A stretch of 32,000 nt of DNA from Bariatricus massiliensis (GTDB lineage Bacteria > Bacillota > Clostridia > Lachnospirales > Lachnospiraceae). A program made the translations under genes and the position numbers. The notes under the pieces were generated by a model. The model saw only the letters and a program-made list of their open reading frames with translations, was not told the origin of the DNA and made no database searches. Of the stretch, positions 16,649-24,715 are shown piece after piece (within the stretch, counting starts at the first letter, position 1; every line of letters starts with the position of its first letter). The stretch covers positions 73,088-105,087 of the forward strand of contig NZ_LT574836.1 in NCBI RefSeq assembly GCF_900086725.1, in the 5' to 3' direction.

Positions 16649-17860
16649 ATGAAAATAGCAGTATTGGGTTATGGGACGGTAGGCTCCGGTGTCGTGGAAG
16701 TTCTGGATGTGAACAAAGAGCTCATCAAGGCGCGTGCCGGGAAAGAAATTGAAGTTAAATATGTGTTGGATCTCAGGGACTTCCCCGGAGATAAAATTCA
16801 GGAAAAAATTGTACATGATTACGACTTGATTCTGACCGATGATGAGATTGAGGTCGTGGTCGAGGTGATGGGCGGAGTGGAGCCGGCCAATACTTTTGTG
16901 AAAAAAGCGTTGCTTGCGGGCAAGCATGTGGTCACATCCAACAAAGCATTGGTGGCAAAGACGGGAGCCCAGCTGCTGGCTGTGGCGAGGGAACAGGGAG
17001 TGAATTTCCTGTTCGAAGCCAGTGTGGGCGGAGGCATTCCTATTTTACGCGCTCTCGGCTCTTCTTTGACGGCAGATGAGATAGAAGAAATTACAGGTAT
17101 TTTAAATGGTACTACTAATTATATGATGACAAAAATGTTCTATGAAGGCGCCGACTATCAGACGGTGCTCAAGGAAGCTCAGGCCAATGGGTATGCGGAG
17201 GCAGACCCGACGGCTGATGTGGAGGGGCATGATGCCTGCCGGAAGATTGCCATACTTTCTTCTATTATTTCCGGTAAAATGGTTGATTTTCAAGATATCT
17301 ATACAGAGGGGATCACAAAGATTACTACGGAAGATATGGCTTATGCCAGAAAGCTGGGCATGAATATTAAGCTTCTGGCACAGTGCAGGCGGGAAGGCAG
17401 CCAGTTATCCGCAATGGTTGCCCCGTTTCTAGTGGGGGCTGAGCATCCGCTGTACAGTGTAAATGATGTGTTTAATGCGGTGTTTGTAAAAGGAAATATG
17501 CTGGGAGACGCGATGTTTTATGGAAGCGGCGCAGGGAAGCTGCCGACTGCGAGCGCAGTGGTGGCGGATGTGATCGCGGCGGTGAAGAACCCGGATAAAG
17601 ATATTATGAACTTTTGGAGCATGGATAAATTGGAGCTCGAGAGCTACAAAGACACGGTGAAAAGATTTTTTGTCCGCATGGAAGGCGAGAGAGAAGCGCT
17701 CGAGGCGCGTGTGCGCTCGGATTTCGGCGCTGTAGAATTTGTGGAAGCCGGCGGGCTCAGCGGAGAGTTTGGTTTTATTACGCCGATGATGGACGAAAAG
17801 GGATATGAAGAAAAAGCAGATGCATATCGGAATATCCTGCATATGATAAGAGTAGAGTAG
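16649..17860 (+). CDS. hom: Homoserine dehydrogenase
   Basis: MKIAVLGYGTVGSGV (NAD(P) binding), VVTSNKALVA, GILNGTTNYM, and a C-terminal ACT-like regulatory domain. An alternative start at 16643 forms TAATG with the upstream stop. The ATG at 16649 has GGGAG 8 nt upstream. Confidence 0.93.
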   Translation: MKIAVLGYGTVGSGVVEVLDVNKELIKARAGKEIEVKYVLDLRDFPGDKIQEKIVHDYDLILTDDEIEVVVEVMGGVEPANTFVKKALLAGKHVVTSNKALVAKTGAQLLAVAREQGVNFLFEASVGGGIPILRALGSSLTADEIEEITGILNGTTNYMMTKMFYEGADYQTVLKEAQANGYAEADPTADVEGHDACRKIAILSSIISGKMVDFQDIYTEGITKITTEDMAYARKLGMNIKLLAQCRREGSQLSAMVAPFLVGAEHPLYSVNDVFNAVFVKGNMLGDAMFYGSGAGKLPTASAVVADVIAAVKNPDKDIMNFWSMDKLELESYKDTVKRFFVRMEGEREALEARVRSDFGAVEFVEAGGLSGEFGFITPMMDEKGYEEKADAYRNILHMIRVE

Positions 17861-17892
17861 TGAACGATAGGGCTTAAGATGAGGTGGACTGG

Positions 17893-19095
17893 ATGAAATA
17901 TGTTATCGTACTGGGTGATGGAATGGCGGGGGAGCCTGTCGGGCAGCTGGGAGGCATGACCACACTGGAGGCTTCCAAAACTCCGGTTATGGATAGACTG
18001 GCTAAAATGTCGGAGCAAGGAATGGCCCGCATGGTGCCGAAGGGAATGGCTCCGGGGAGTGATACGGCTAACTTATCAGTGGCCGGATATGACCCGCAGG
18101 TATACTATACCGGCCGTTCGCCGCTTGAGGCACTAAGCATCGGGGTGGATATGAAGGCGGATGATGTCGCTTTCAGGTGCAATTTTGTGACACTCAGTGA
18201 AGAGGCGGGTGCATATGAAGACCGCATTATCATAGACCATAGCTCGGATGAAATCAGCACGGAGGATGCAGTCATTCTTTTAGAGGCACTGAAAAAGGAG
18301 TTCGCCCGGGAAGGCTACCACTTCTATGCAGGGACCAGCTATCGTCATCTGCTGATTCAGCATGGAGGAGAGGTTCTGGAACTTACGCCGCCTCACGATA
18401 TTTTGACAAGACGAATTGGAGCATATCTTCCAAAAGACCCGGTACTTTTGGAGATGATGAAAAAAAGCTTCGATATACTTGAGAATCATCCGGTCAACTT
18501 AAAGCGTAGGCGGGACGGACTTCATCCCGCTAATTCCATCTGGTTCTGGGGCGCGGGCACAAGGCCGGCCTTGTCTTCTTTTTTAGAAAAGACAGGGAAA
18601 AAGGCGGTTATGATATCGGCAGTGGATCTGCTCAAGGGAATCGCTGTGGGCGCCGGCATGACGCCTCTCTTTGTGGAAGGGGCCAATGGAGGCCTTTATA
18701 CGAACTACGATGGGAAGGCTAAGGCGGCTCTGAATGCACTGCTCAATGACGGATATGATTTTGCGTATATCCATGTGGAAGCGCCGGATGAGATGGGGCA
18801 TCAAGGCAGTGTTGAAAATAAGATTCAGGCCATTGAGTGGCTGGATGAAAAGGTAATCAAGAATGTGGTAAAAGGACTTGGAGAAGCAGGGGAGGATTTT
18901 CGGATTTTGATACTCCCGGATCACCCCACGCCGATCTGTGCCAGAACGCATACAAAAGAACCTGTTCCCTATCTGCTTTACGACAGTAGAAAAGCAGTGG
19001 AAGGACAGGAGACATACAACGAGAAGAAGGCAAAGATAAGTGGAATTATGTGGGAGGATGGATATCGTCTCATAGAACATCTGCTGGGCGATTAG
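17893..19095 (+). CDS. Cofactor-independent phosphoglycerate mutase-like (ApgM type) protein; by context the proposed non-orthologous homoserine kinase
   Basis: 400 aa. MKYVIVLGDGMAGEP....TPL..A.TP.MD.LA, GSDTANLS..GYDP, HVEAPDEMGHQG and ILPDHPTP are the metal-ligand motifs of the alkaline-phosphatase-superfamily ApgM family. The gene lies 32 nt after hom and 9 nt before lysC. The track start at 17884 is a GTG. The ATG at 17893 has GAGGTGG 5 nt upstream. Confidence 0.75.
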   Translation: MKYVIVLGDGMAGEPVGQLGGMTTLEASKTPVMDRLAKMSEQGMARMVPKGMAPGSDTANLSVAGYDPQVYYTGRSPLEALSIGVDMKADDVAFRCNFVTLSEEAGAYEDRIIIDHSSDEISTEDAVILLEALKKEFAREGYHFYAGTSYRHLLIQHGGEVLELTPPHDILTRRIGAYLPKDPVLLEMMKKSFDILENHPVNLKRRRDGLHPANSIWFWGAGTRPALSSFLEKTGKKAVMISAVDLLKGIAVGAGMTPLFVEGANGGLYTNYDGKAKAALNALLNDGYDFAYIHVEAPDEMGHQGSVENKIQAIEWLDEKVIKNVVKGLGEAGEDFRILILPDHPTPICARTHTKEPVPYLLYDSRKAVEGQETYNEKKAKISGIMWEDGYRLIEHLLGD

Positions 19096-19104
19096 GAGGA
19101 AGTT

Positions 19105-20313
19105 ATGCTGGTAGTGAAAAAATTTGGAGGCAGCTCCGTTGCGAATAAAGAACGAATTTTCAATGTAGCAGGACGCTGCGCAGAAGAATATCAGAAGGGG
19201 AATGACGTGGTCGTCGTGCTGTCAGCTATGGGGGACACGACGGATGAGCTTCTGGATAAAGCGGAGGATATTAATCCCAATGCGTCAAAAAGAGAGCTGG
19301 ATATGCTGCTTACGACAGGGGAGCAGATATCGGTTTCGCTTATGGCCATGGCCCTTCAGGCGATGAATATACCTGCTATATCCTTGAACGCGTTTCAAGT
19401 TCAGATGCATTCCACATCAAGAAACGGAAATGCCCGGTTCAAACGGATAGACACGGATAGGATTCAGCATGAGCTTGGCAACCGTAAGGTCGTGATCGTG
19501 ACTGGATTTCAAGGGGTGAACAAATACGATGATTACACGACCCTTGGACGAGGCGGCTCAGATACAACTGCGGTCGCGCTGGCAGCGGTGCTCCATGCGG
19601 ACCAGTGCGAGATATATACAGATGTGGAGGGAGTGTATACGGCGGATCCACGGGTAGTAAAAAATGCCAGAAAGATTGAAGAAATTACATACGACGAGAT
19701 GCTGGAGCTTGCCACATCGGGGGCAAAAGTCCTGCATAACCGTTCTGTAGAGATGGCAAAAAAATATGGAGTAGAACTGGTAGTACGTTCCAGCTTAAAT
19801 ACAGAAGAGGGAACCGTAGTCAAGGAGGTAGTGAAAGTGGAGAAGATGTTAATTACCGGCGTTGCGGCGGACAAAAATACAGCAAGAATTTCTGTGATCG
19901 GTGTGGAAGATAAGCCGGGAATTGCTTTTAAAATATTTAATACACTGTCCAGAAACAATATAAACGTGGATATTATTCTTCAGTCTGTAGGAAGGGAAGG
20001 AACGAAGGATATTTCATTCACTGTCTCTCAGGACGATTTGAAAGAGGCGCTTGCGGTGCTGGAAGAAAGAAAGCAGGCACTGACTATTAAAGATATTACT
20101 CATGATGAGAAGGTGGCAAAGATTTCAATTGTGGGCGCGGGCATGCTGAGCAATCCGGGTGTCGCAGCCACCATGTTCGAGTCACTTTGTAATTCAAATA
20201 TTAATATAAACATGATTTCTACTTCTGAAATCCGCATCACCGTGCTGATTGATGAAAAAGACGCAGACAATGCGCTGGTAGCTGTTCATGATGGCTTTGG
20301 CCTAGAAGATTAA
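19105..20313 (+). CDS. lysC: Aspartate kinase (monofunctional, two C-terminal ACT domains)
   Basis: 402 aa. VVKKFGGSSVA, VVVLSAMGDTTDELL, TLGRGGSDTTAVALA, and tandem ACT domains (ISVIGV.DKPGIAFKIF..L... and ISIVGAGM....GVAATMFE.L). AGGAGG lies 5 nt upstream. Confidence 0.95.
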   Translation: MLVVKKFGGSSVANKERIFNVAGRCAEEYQKGNDVVVVLSAMGDTTDELLDKAEDINPNASKRELDMLLTTGEQISVSLMAMALQAMNIPAISLNAFQVQMHSTSRNGNARFKRIDTDRIQHELGNRKVVIVTGFQGVNKYDDYTTLGRGGSDTTAVALAAVLHADQCEIYTDVEGVYTADPRVVKNARKIEEITYDEMLELATSGAKVLHNRSVEMAKKYGVELVVRSSLNTEEGTVVKEVVKVEKMLITGVAADKNTARISVIGVEDKPGIAFKIFNTLSRNNINVDIILQSVGREGTKDISFTVSQDDLKEALAVLEERKQALTIKDITHDEKVAKISIVGAGMLSNPGVAATMFESLCNSNININMISTSEIRITVLIDEKDADNALVAVHDGFGLED

Positions 20314-20328
20314 TGCTAATATATAAAA

Positions 20329-20360
20329 GGCTCTGATCAGTTCAGAGCCTCTTTCATTTT
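20329..20360. terminator. Bidirectional intrinsic terminator shared by lysC (+) and the XRE gene (-)
   Basis: GGCTCTGA (20329-20336), loop tcagt, TCAGAGCC (20342-20349). The + strand tail is tctttcatttt and the - strand tail is ttttatatatt. Confidence 0.75.
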
Positions 20361-20731
20361 ACCTGAGATTCAAGAAAACCAACTACGATTTTCCTGCTAT
20401 CCGGTGGTAAATCGCGATATTTCATAATTAAGTGAGTCTCATCGTCTGTAAGATATAAAGTATGCTTTGTCGTAATGTCGATAGCCGGCAGATCCGGCAG
20501 TGGATCCTCCGCTGATGAGCCACCAATGTTACGATTAACCAAATGGTCTAGCGTTACATTATAGAGACGGGACAAGTGAATCAAAGAATCTAAGTCAGGC
20601 GTACGCTTGCTATTCTCATAATTTGAATAGGCTTGTCTTGAAATATTCAATATTGCACTCAAATGAGCTTGAGTCAGATGGTGCATCTTGCGAAGCGTGC
20701 GCAAATTCTTTGACAATTGAATGTTGGGCAT
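20354..20731 (-). CDS. XRE-family helix-turn-helix transcriptional regulator with an approximately 55-aa C-terminal extension
   Basis: 125 aa. LRTLRKMHHLTQAHLSAILNISRQAYSNYENSKRTPDLDSLIHLSRLYNVTLDHLV is a canonical Cro/CI-type HTH. GGAGG lies 7 nt upstream. Confidence 0.85.
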   Translation of the reverse strand: MPNIQLSKNLRTLRKMHHLTQAHLSAILNISRQAYSNYENSKRTPDLDSLIHLSRLYNVTLDHLVNRNIGGSSAEDPLPDLPAIDITTKHTLYLTDDETHLIMKYRDLPPDSRKIVVGFLESQVK

Positions 20732-20850
20732 CGCTGTACCTCCGTTCCCTGTAAAATTACCCTCTCACACCAATACAGTATATCAGTTTTTATAACAAAA
20801 GTGGCGACAGGCAACGAAACGCAACATATACATTGGTGGCAACAAATTAG

Positions 20851-21300
20851 TTACGGTATTTCCCGGCTTAACATACTGTTATGGTACTTTTGAGAATAGG
20901 TGACTTCCTCGCCAAACCAGGAAGGAGGCTGGAATTCACTGGCAGATGTTTCGCTTTGGAACTCCACTTCAGCCATCACAAGAGGCGATAAGTCTCCTTT
21001 GAAAATATCCAGTTCAATTGTAAGATTATCTGCAAACGGGATACAATACCGCTCCTTTTGAATCAGGCGGCCGTCAATTTTCTCCCGCAGGTGTTCGTAA
21101 GATTCTTTTGTCAGGGGAAGATTATATTCTTCTCTTACAAGAAAGCCCTTGGACTTGTAAGTCAGAACATAGCTATCATCATCTTTCCGCACCCGCACCA
21201 CTGGCTCTGTGGACAGATAACCTTGTTCAAGGGAACGGTGAGGGTAGTCGTCCAGACGGAAGGGGATAGAATGAATGAGGTATTTACGTTCGATTTCCAT
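20851..21300 (-). CDS. CYTH-domain protein (triphosphate tunnel metalloenzyme)
   Basis: 149 aa. It has the N-terminal EIERKYL (ExExK motif), then ..RVR......LT.K......R.E....L and E.E. motifs (MAEVEFQSE) of the CYTH beta-tunnel. AAGGAG lies 8 nt upstream. Confidence 0.85.
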   Translation of the reverse strand: MEIERKYLIHSIPFRLDDYPHRSLEQGYLSTEPVVRVRKDDDSYVLTYKSKGFLVREEYNLPLTKESYEHLREKIDGRLIQKERYCIPFADNLTIELDIFKGDLSPLVMAEVEFQSETSASEFQPPSWFGEEVTYSQKYHNSMLSREIP

Positions 21301-21354
21301 AATTTCTACTCCTTGCTATAGTATTTACTAATAGTATAAGAAATTATACAAGAG

Positions 21355-21383
21355 TTTACAAGTGCAAAGGATTTTGATAGAAT
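21355..21383 (+). promoter_or_regulatory. Promoter for the DJ-1/PfpI gene
   Basis: TTTACA (21355-21360), a 17-nt spacer and TAGAAT (21378-21383) with a TG extension (TGaTAGAAT). Confidence 0.5.
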
Positions 21384-21424
21384 CAACATATTAATTAAGC
21401 GTGGAAAGGATGGTACAATAAATC

Positions 21425-21979
21425 ATGAGTGAAGTTTACGTGTTTTTGGCAGATGGCTTTGAGGAGATTGAAGGCTTGACAGTAGTGGATCTGTTGAGAA
21501 GGGCGGATATACGGGTCCAAACTGTATCCATCATGGGAAGGAAAGAGATTACAGGTTCACATCACATTAAAGTAGAAGCGGATATTCTATTCGAGGAGGC
21601 GGATTTTGCGACTGCAGAGATGCTGGTGCTTCCGGGGGGACTGCCGGGGACTGATTATTTAAAGGCTCACAAAGGGCTGCAGGAACAGATTCTGGCATTT
21701 AACAGCGAAGGCAGGAAGCTGGCGGCTATCTGTGCCGCGCCTACGGTCTTCGGAGCGCTGGGACTTCTGAAAGGGATGAAGGCGACCTGCTATCCGACGA
21801 TGGAAGATGGGCTGACCGGAGCGGAGGTCGTGCGGGAGAGCGCCGTTACCGACGGCGCCATAACGACCGGAAGAGGCATGGGGGCAGCCATTGATTTTTC
21901 CCTGCGGCTGATTGAGATTCTCAGGGATAAAAGGACGGCCGATATGACGGCTGAAAAAATTGTATATAGACGAAACTAA
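21425..21979 (+). CDS. DJ-1/PfpI (ThiJ) family protein
   Basis: 184 aa. VFLADGFEEIEGLTVVDLLRRA, LVLPGG.PG, and the nucleophile-elbow AAICAAP with the conserved Cys. Confidence 0.9.
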   Translation: MSEVYVFLADGFEEIEGLTVVDLLRRADIRVQTVSIMGRKEITGSHHIKVEADILFEEADFATAEMLVLPGGLPGTDYLKAHKGLQEQILAFNSEGRKLAAICAAPTVFGALGLLKGMKATCYPTMEDGLTGAEVVRESAVTDGAITTGRGMGAAIDFSLRLIEILRDKRTADMTAEKIVYRRN

Positions 21980-21995
21980 GAGAGGCAGGAAATCA

Positions 21996-22667
21996 ATGAA
22001 AAAATATGCGGCGGCCGGCATTGCTGTGGTCATAGTTGTGCTGGTGGTTATTCTGGGATTGAGAGCGTGCGGGGGAAGCAAAGTGGATGCGTCGGGATAT
22101 GTGCAGGCGCAGTTAGATCTTACGTTTCAGGGTGAAACACAGGAAGCCCACCGGCTGACCGGAGCGGCAGTATCCGGGCTGGAGCAGATTTATGAGGACG
22201 GTATCAATGCATTTGTGCAGAGTTACCTCACGGGAGGGGTAGACACCGGGGAAGCATTTTCAGAGACCTATGGAAAAATAATCAAGAAAATATTTCTTGT
22301 TATGCATTATCAGGTCGGAGAGGCTCAGAAAAAAGATAAAAATACTTATGAGGTGACGGTTACCTATGAACCGGCTGATGTGTTTACTTCTTTTATTCCA
22401 AAGCTGAAGGAGAAATCGGCAGAGATAGAAGAGAAAGCGAAAAATGGAGGATACACCGGAACGGAAGATGAGATTCAGTCAGCGATGATTCTAGATTATA
22501 TGAGCGAATCCTATACGCTTTTGGAAAGCGCATATCTGGACATACAGTACGGCGGAAAGCAGGAGTTTACCTTCACGCTCACCAAAGGAAAGGGAAGCAA
22601 GGTCACTATGGATAACGAGGAGATTGCCGCGTTTATTGAGAAGATTTTAGAACTTGATAAACTGTAA
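21996..22667 (+). CDS. Hypothetical exported protein, probable lipoprotein or N-terminally anchored
   Basis: The track ORF starts at 21960, overlapping the DJ-1 gene. The ATG at 21996 gives MKKYAAAGIAVVIVVLVVILGLRACGGSK (signal/anchor with a lipobox-like LRA|C). I recognise no family. Confidence 0.6.
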   Translation: MKKYAAAGIAVVIVVLVVILGLRACGGSKVDASGYVQAQLDLTFQGETQEAHRLTGAAVSGLEQIYEDGINAFVQSYLTGGVDTGEAFSETYGKIIKKIFLVMHYQVGEAQKKDKNTYEVTVTYEPADVFTSFIPKLKEKSAEIEEKAKNGGYTGTEDEIQSAMILDYMSESYTLLESAYLDIQYGGKQEFTFTLTKGKGSKVTMDNEEIAAFIEKILELDKL

Positions 22668-22682
22668 GAACTGTGTTATAGT
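22654..22682 (+). promoter_or_regulatory. Promoter for tig
   Basis: TTGATA (22654-22659), a 17-nt spacer and TATAGT (22677-22682) with a TG extension (TGtTATAGT). The -35 lies in the last codons of the upstream gene. Confidence 0.5.
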
Positions 22683-22751
22683 AATAAAATGAGTGTAATG
22701 TAGATAAGTCTGCCCGACTTTTCTCATATAGCATATTAGGAGGAAATGGTA

Positions 22752-24038
22752 ATGAGTTTACAAGTTGAGAAGTTAGAACACAATATGGCAAAACTTACAG
22801 TAGAAGTTTCAGCAGAAGAATTAGAGGGAGCGCTCCAGAAGGCATACCAGAAGCAAAAAGGAAAAATCAGTGTCCCGGGATTCCGCAAAGGCAAAGTTCC
22901 ACGTCAGATGATTGAAAAGATGTACGGACCGGAGATTTTTTACGATGATGCCGCTAATGCATTGATTCCGGAAGCGTATTCCAAAGCTTATGATGAGAGC
23001 GGGCTGGATATCGTATCACAGCCGAAGATTGATGTTGTACAGATTGAAAAAGGAAAAGCATTTATCTTTACAGCGGAAGTGGCTGTTAAACCGGAAGTGA
23101 CTCTTGGACAGTACAAAGGTCTGGAAGTAGATAAGATTTCCAACCGTGTAACGGCAAAAGAAGTAGATGCTAAATTAGAAGAAGAACAGCAGAAGAACGC
23201 GAGAACAATCACAGTAGAAGGACGCCCGGTACAGGATAAGGATGAAGTTATTCTTGACTTCGAAGGATTTGTTGACGGCGTAGCTTTCGAGGGCGGCAAA
23301 GGAGAAAATTATCCGCTGACTATCGGTTCCGGCGCATTTATTCCGGGATTTGAAGAACAGCTGATCGGAGCTGAACCGGAAAAAGAAGTGGAAGTAAAGG
23401 TTACGTTCCCGGAGGAATATCAGGCGGAAGAACTTCAGGGCAAAGATGCCGTGTTCAAATGTACAGTACATGAAATCAAAGCAAAAGAGCTGCCGGAACT
23501 TGACGATGAGTTTGCTTCCGAAGTTTCTGAATTTGATACATTAGATGAATATAAAGCAGATATCAAGGTTAAAATCAAAGAGCAGAAGACGAATGAAGGC
23601 AAGAGAGCTCAGGAAGATCAGGCGGTGGAAGCTATCATTGCAAATTCCGAGATGGATATTCCGGAGGCTATGGTTGATACGCAGACAAGACAGATGGTGG
23701 ATGACTTTGCACAGAGACTGCAGCAGCAGGGCTTGAGCATGGAGCAGTATATGCAGTTCACAGGCATGACTGCGGAGAAGATGCTGGAAGAGATGCGTCC
23801 GCAGGCTGAGAAGCGCATCAAGACGAGACTGGTTCTCGAGGCAGTTGCAAAAGCAGAAAATATTGAGATATCTGACGAAAAGCTCGACGAAGAGATCGCT
23901 AAGATGGCAAAGGCATATCAGATGGAAGCCGATAAGCTGAAAGAGTTCATGGGAGATAAAGAAAAAGACCAGATGAAGCAGGATATGGCTGTTCAGGAAG
24001 CGATTACATTCGTTGTGGAGAATGCTGTAGAAAAATAA
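22752..24038 (+). CDS. tig: Trigger factor
   Basis: MSLQVEKLEHNMAKLTVEVSAEE..., the GFRKGKVP ribosome-binding signature, and an FKBP-type PPIase middle domain (DFEGFVDGVAFEGGKGENY.L.IGSG.FIPGFEEQL.G). The ATG at 22752 is 8 nt from GGAGG. The track ATG at 22746 is only 2 nt away. Confidence 0.95.
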   Translation: MSLQVEKLEHNMAKLTVEVSAEELEGALQKAYQKQKGKISVPGFRKGKVPRQMIEKMYGPEIFYDDAANALIPEAYSKAYDESGLDIVSQPKIDVVQIEKGKAFIFTAEVAVKPEVTLGQYKGLEVDKISNRVTAKEVDAKLEEEQQKNARTITVEGRPVQDKDEVILDFEGFVDGVAFEGGKGENYPLTIGSGAFIPGFEEQLIGAEPEKEVEVKVTFPEEYQAEELQGKDAVFKCTVHEIKAKELPELDDEFASEVSEFDTLDEYKADIKVKIKEQKTNEGKRAQEDQAVEAIIANSEMDIPEAMVDTQTRQMVDDFAQRLQQQGLSMEQYMQFTGMTAEKMLEEMRPQAEKRIKTRLVLEAVAKAENIEISDEKLDEEIAKMAKAYQMEADKLKEFMGDKEKDQMKQDMAVQEAITFVVENAVEK

Positions 24039-24070
24039 ATAATTGTTAGTCAAGATTAGGAGGCGTGTAC

Positions 24071-24652
24071 ATGAGTTTAGTACCTTATGTCATTGAACAG
24101 ACAAGCCGTGGAGAACGCTCTTACGACATTTATTCAAGACTTTTAAAAGAAAGAATTATTTTCCTTGACACCGAGGTGAATGATGCTTCAGCCAGCGTTA
24201 TAGTTGCACAGATGCTGTTTTTGGAGGCAGAAGACCCGGAAAAGGATATTCAGTTCTATATCAACAGCCCGGGCGGCTCTATCACGGCGGGTATGGGGAT
24301 ATATGATACCATGAATTATATAAAATGTGATGTTTCCACTATGTGCATGGGGATGGCGGCCAGCATGGGCGCGTTCCTGCTGGCAGGAGGAGCTAAAGGC
24401 AAACGTTTCGCACTCCCTAATGCTGAGATTATGATTCATCAGCCATCCGGCGGCGCTCAGGGACAGGCAACAGAGATTGAAATCAATGCCAAACACATTT
24501 TAAAAGTGAGAGAGCGCATGAATAAGCTGATGGCCCAGAATACCGGTCAGTCATATGAGACGATTGCGGCAGATACGGAAAGAGATAACTGGAAGACTGC
24601 AGAAGAAGCAAAGGCTTATGGTTTAATCGACGAAGTAGTAGTAAGCCGTTAG
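24071..24652 (+). CDS. clpP: ATP-dependent Clp protease proteolytic subunit
   Basis: [32 protein letters not shown]. The catalytic Ser context is [12 protein letters not shown] and the His context is IMIHQPSGG. The track start at 24065 is a GTG. The ATG at 24071 is 7 nt from GGAGG. Confidence 0.97.
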   Translation: MSLVPYVIEQTSRGERSYDIYSRLLKERIIFLDTEVNDASASVIVAQMLFLEAEDPEKDIQFYINSPGGSITAGMGIYDTMNYIKCDVSTMCMGMAASMGAFLLAGGAKGKRFALPNAEIMIHQPSGGAQGQATEIEINAKHILKVRERMNKLMAQNTGQSYETIAADTERDNWKTAEEAKAYGLIDEVVVSR

Positions 24653-24660
24653 AAAGGAAA

Positions 24661-24691
24661 GGGGGTGTCCGAAGAACCGGACATTCCCTTT
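24661..24691 (+). other. Hairpin between clpP and clpX (possible partial terminator or processing site)
   Basis: GGGGGTGTCCG (24661-24671), loop aagaac, CGGACATTCCC (24678-24688) including G-U pairs, then only a short TTT tail. Confidence 0.35.
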
Positions 24692-24715
24692 ACGTGTAAA
24701 ATATGAGGTGAGAGT

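Noticed and set aside
20783-20833. 16-codon mini-ORF (MYMLRFVACRHFCYKN) on the minus strand upstream of the XRE gene; considered as a possible toxin or leader peptide
   Set aside because: It has no Shine-Dalgarno and lies upstream of the plausible -10 region. Nothing suggests translation.
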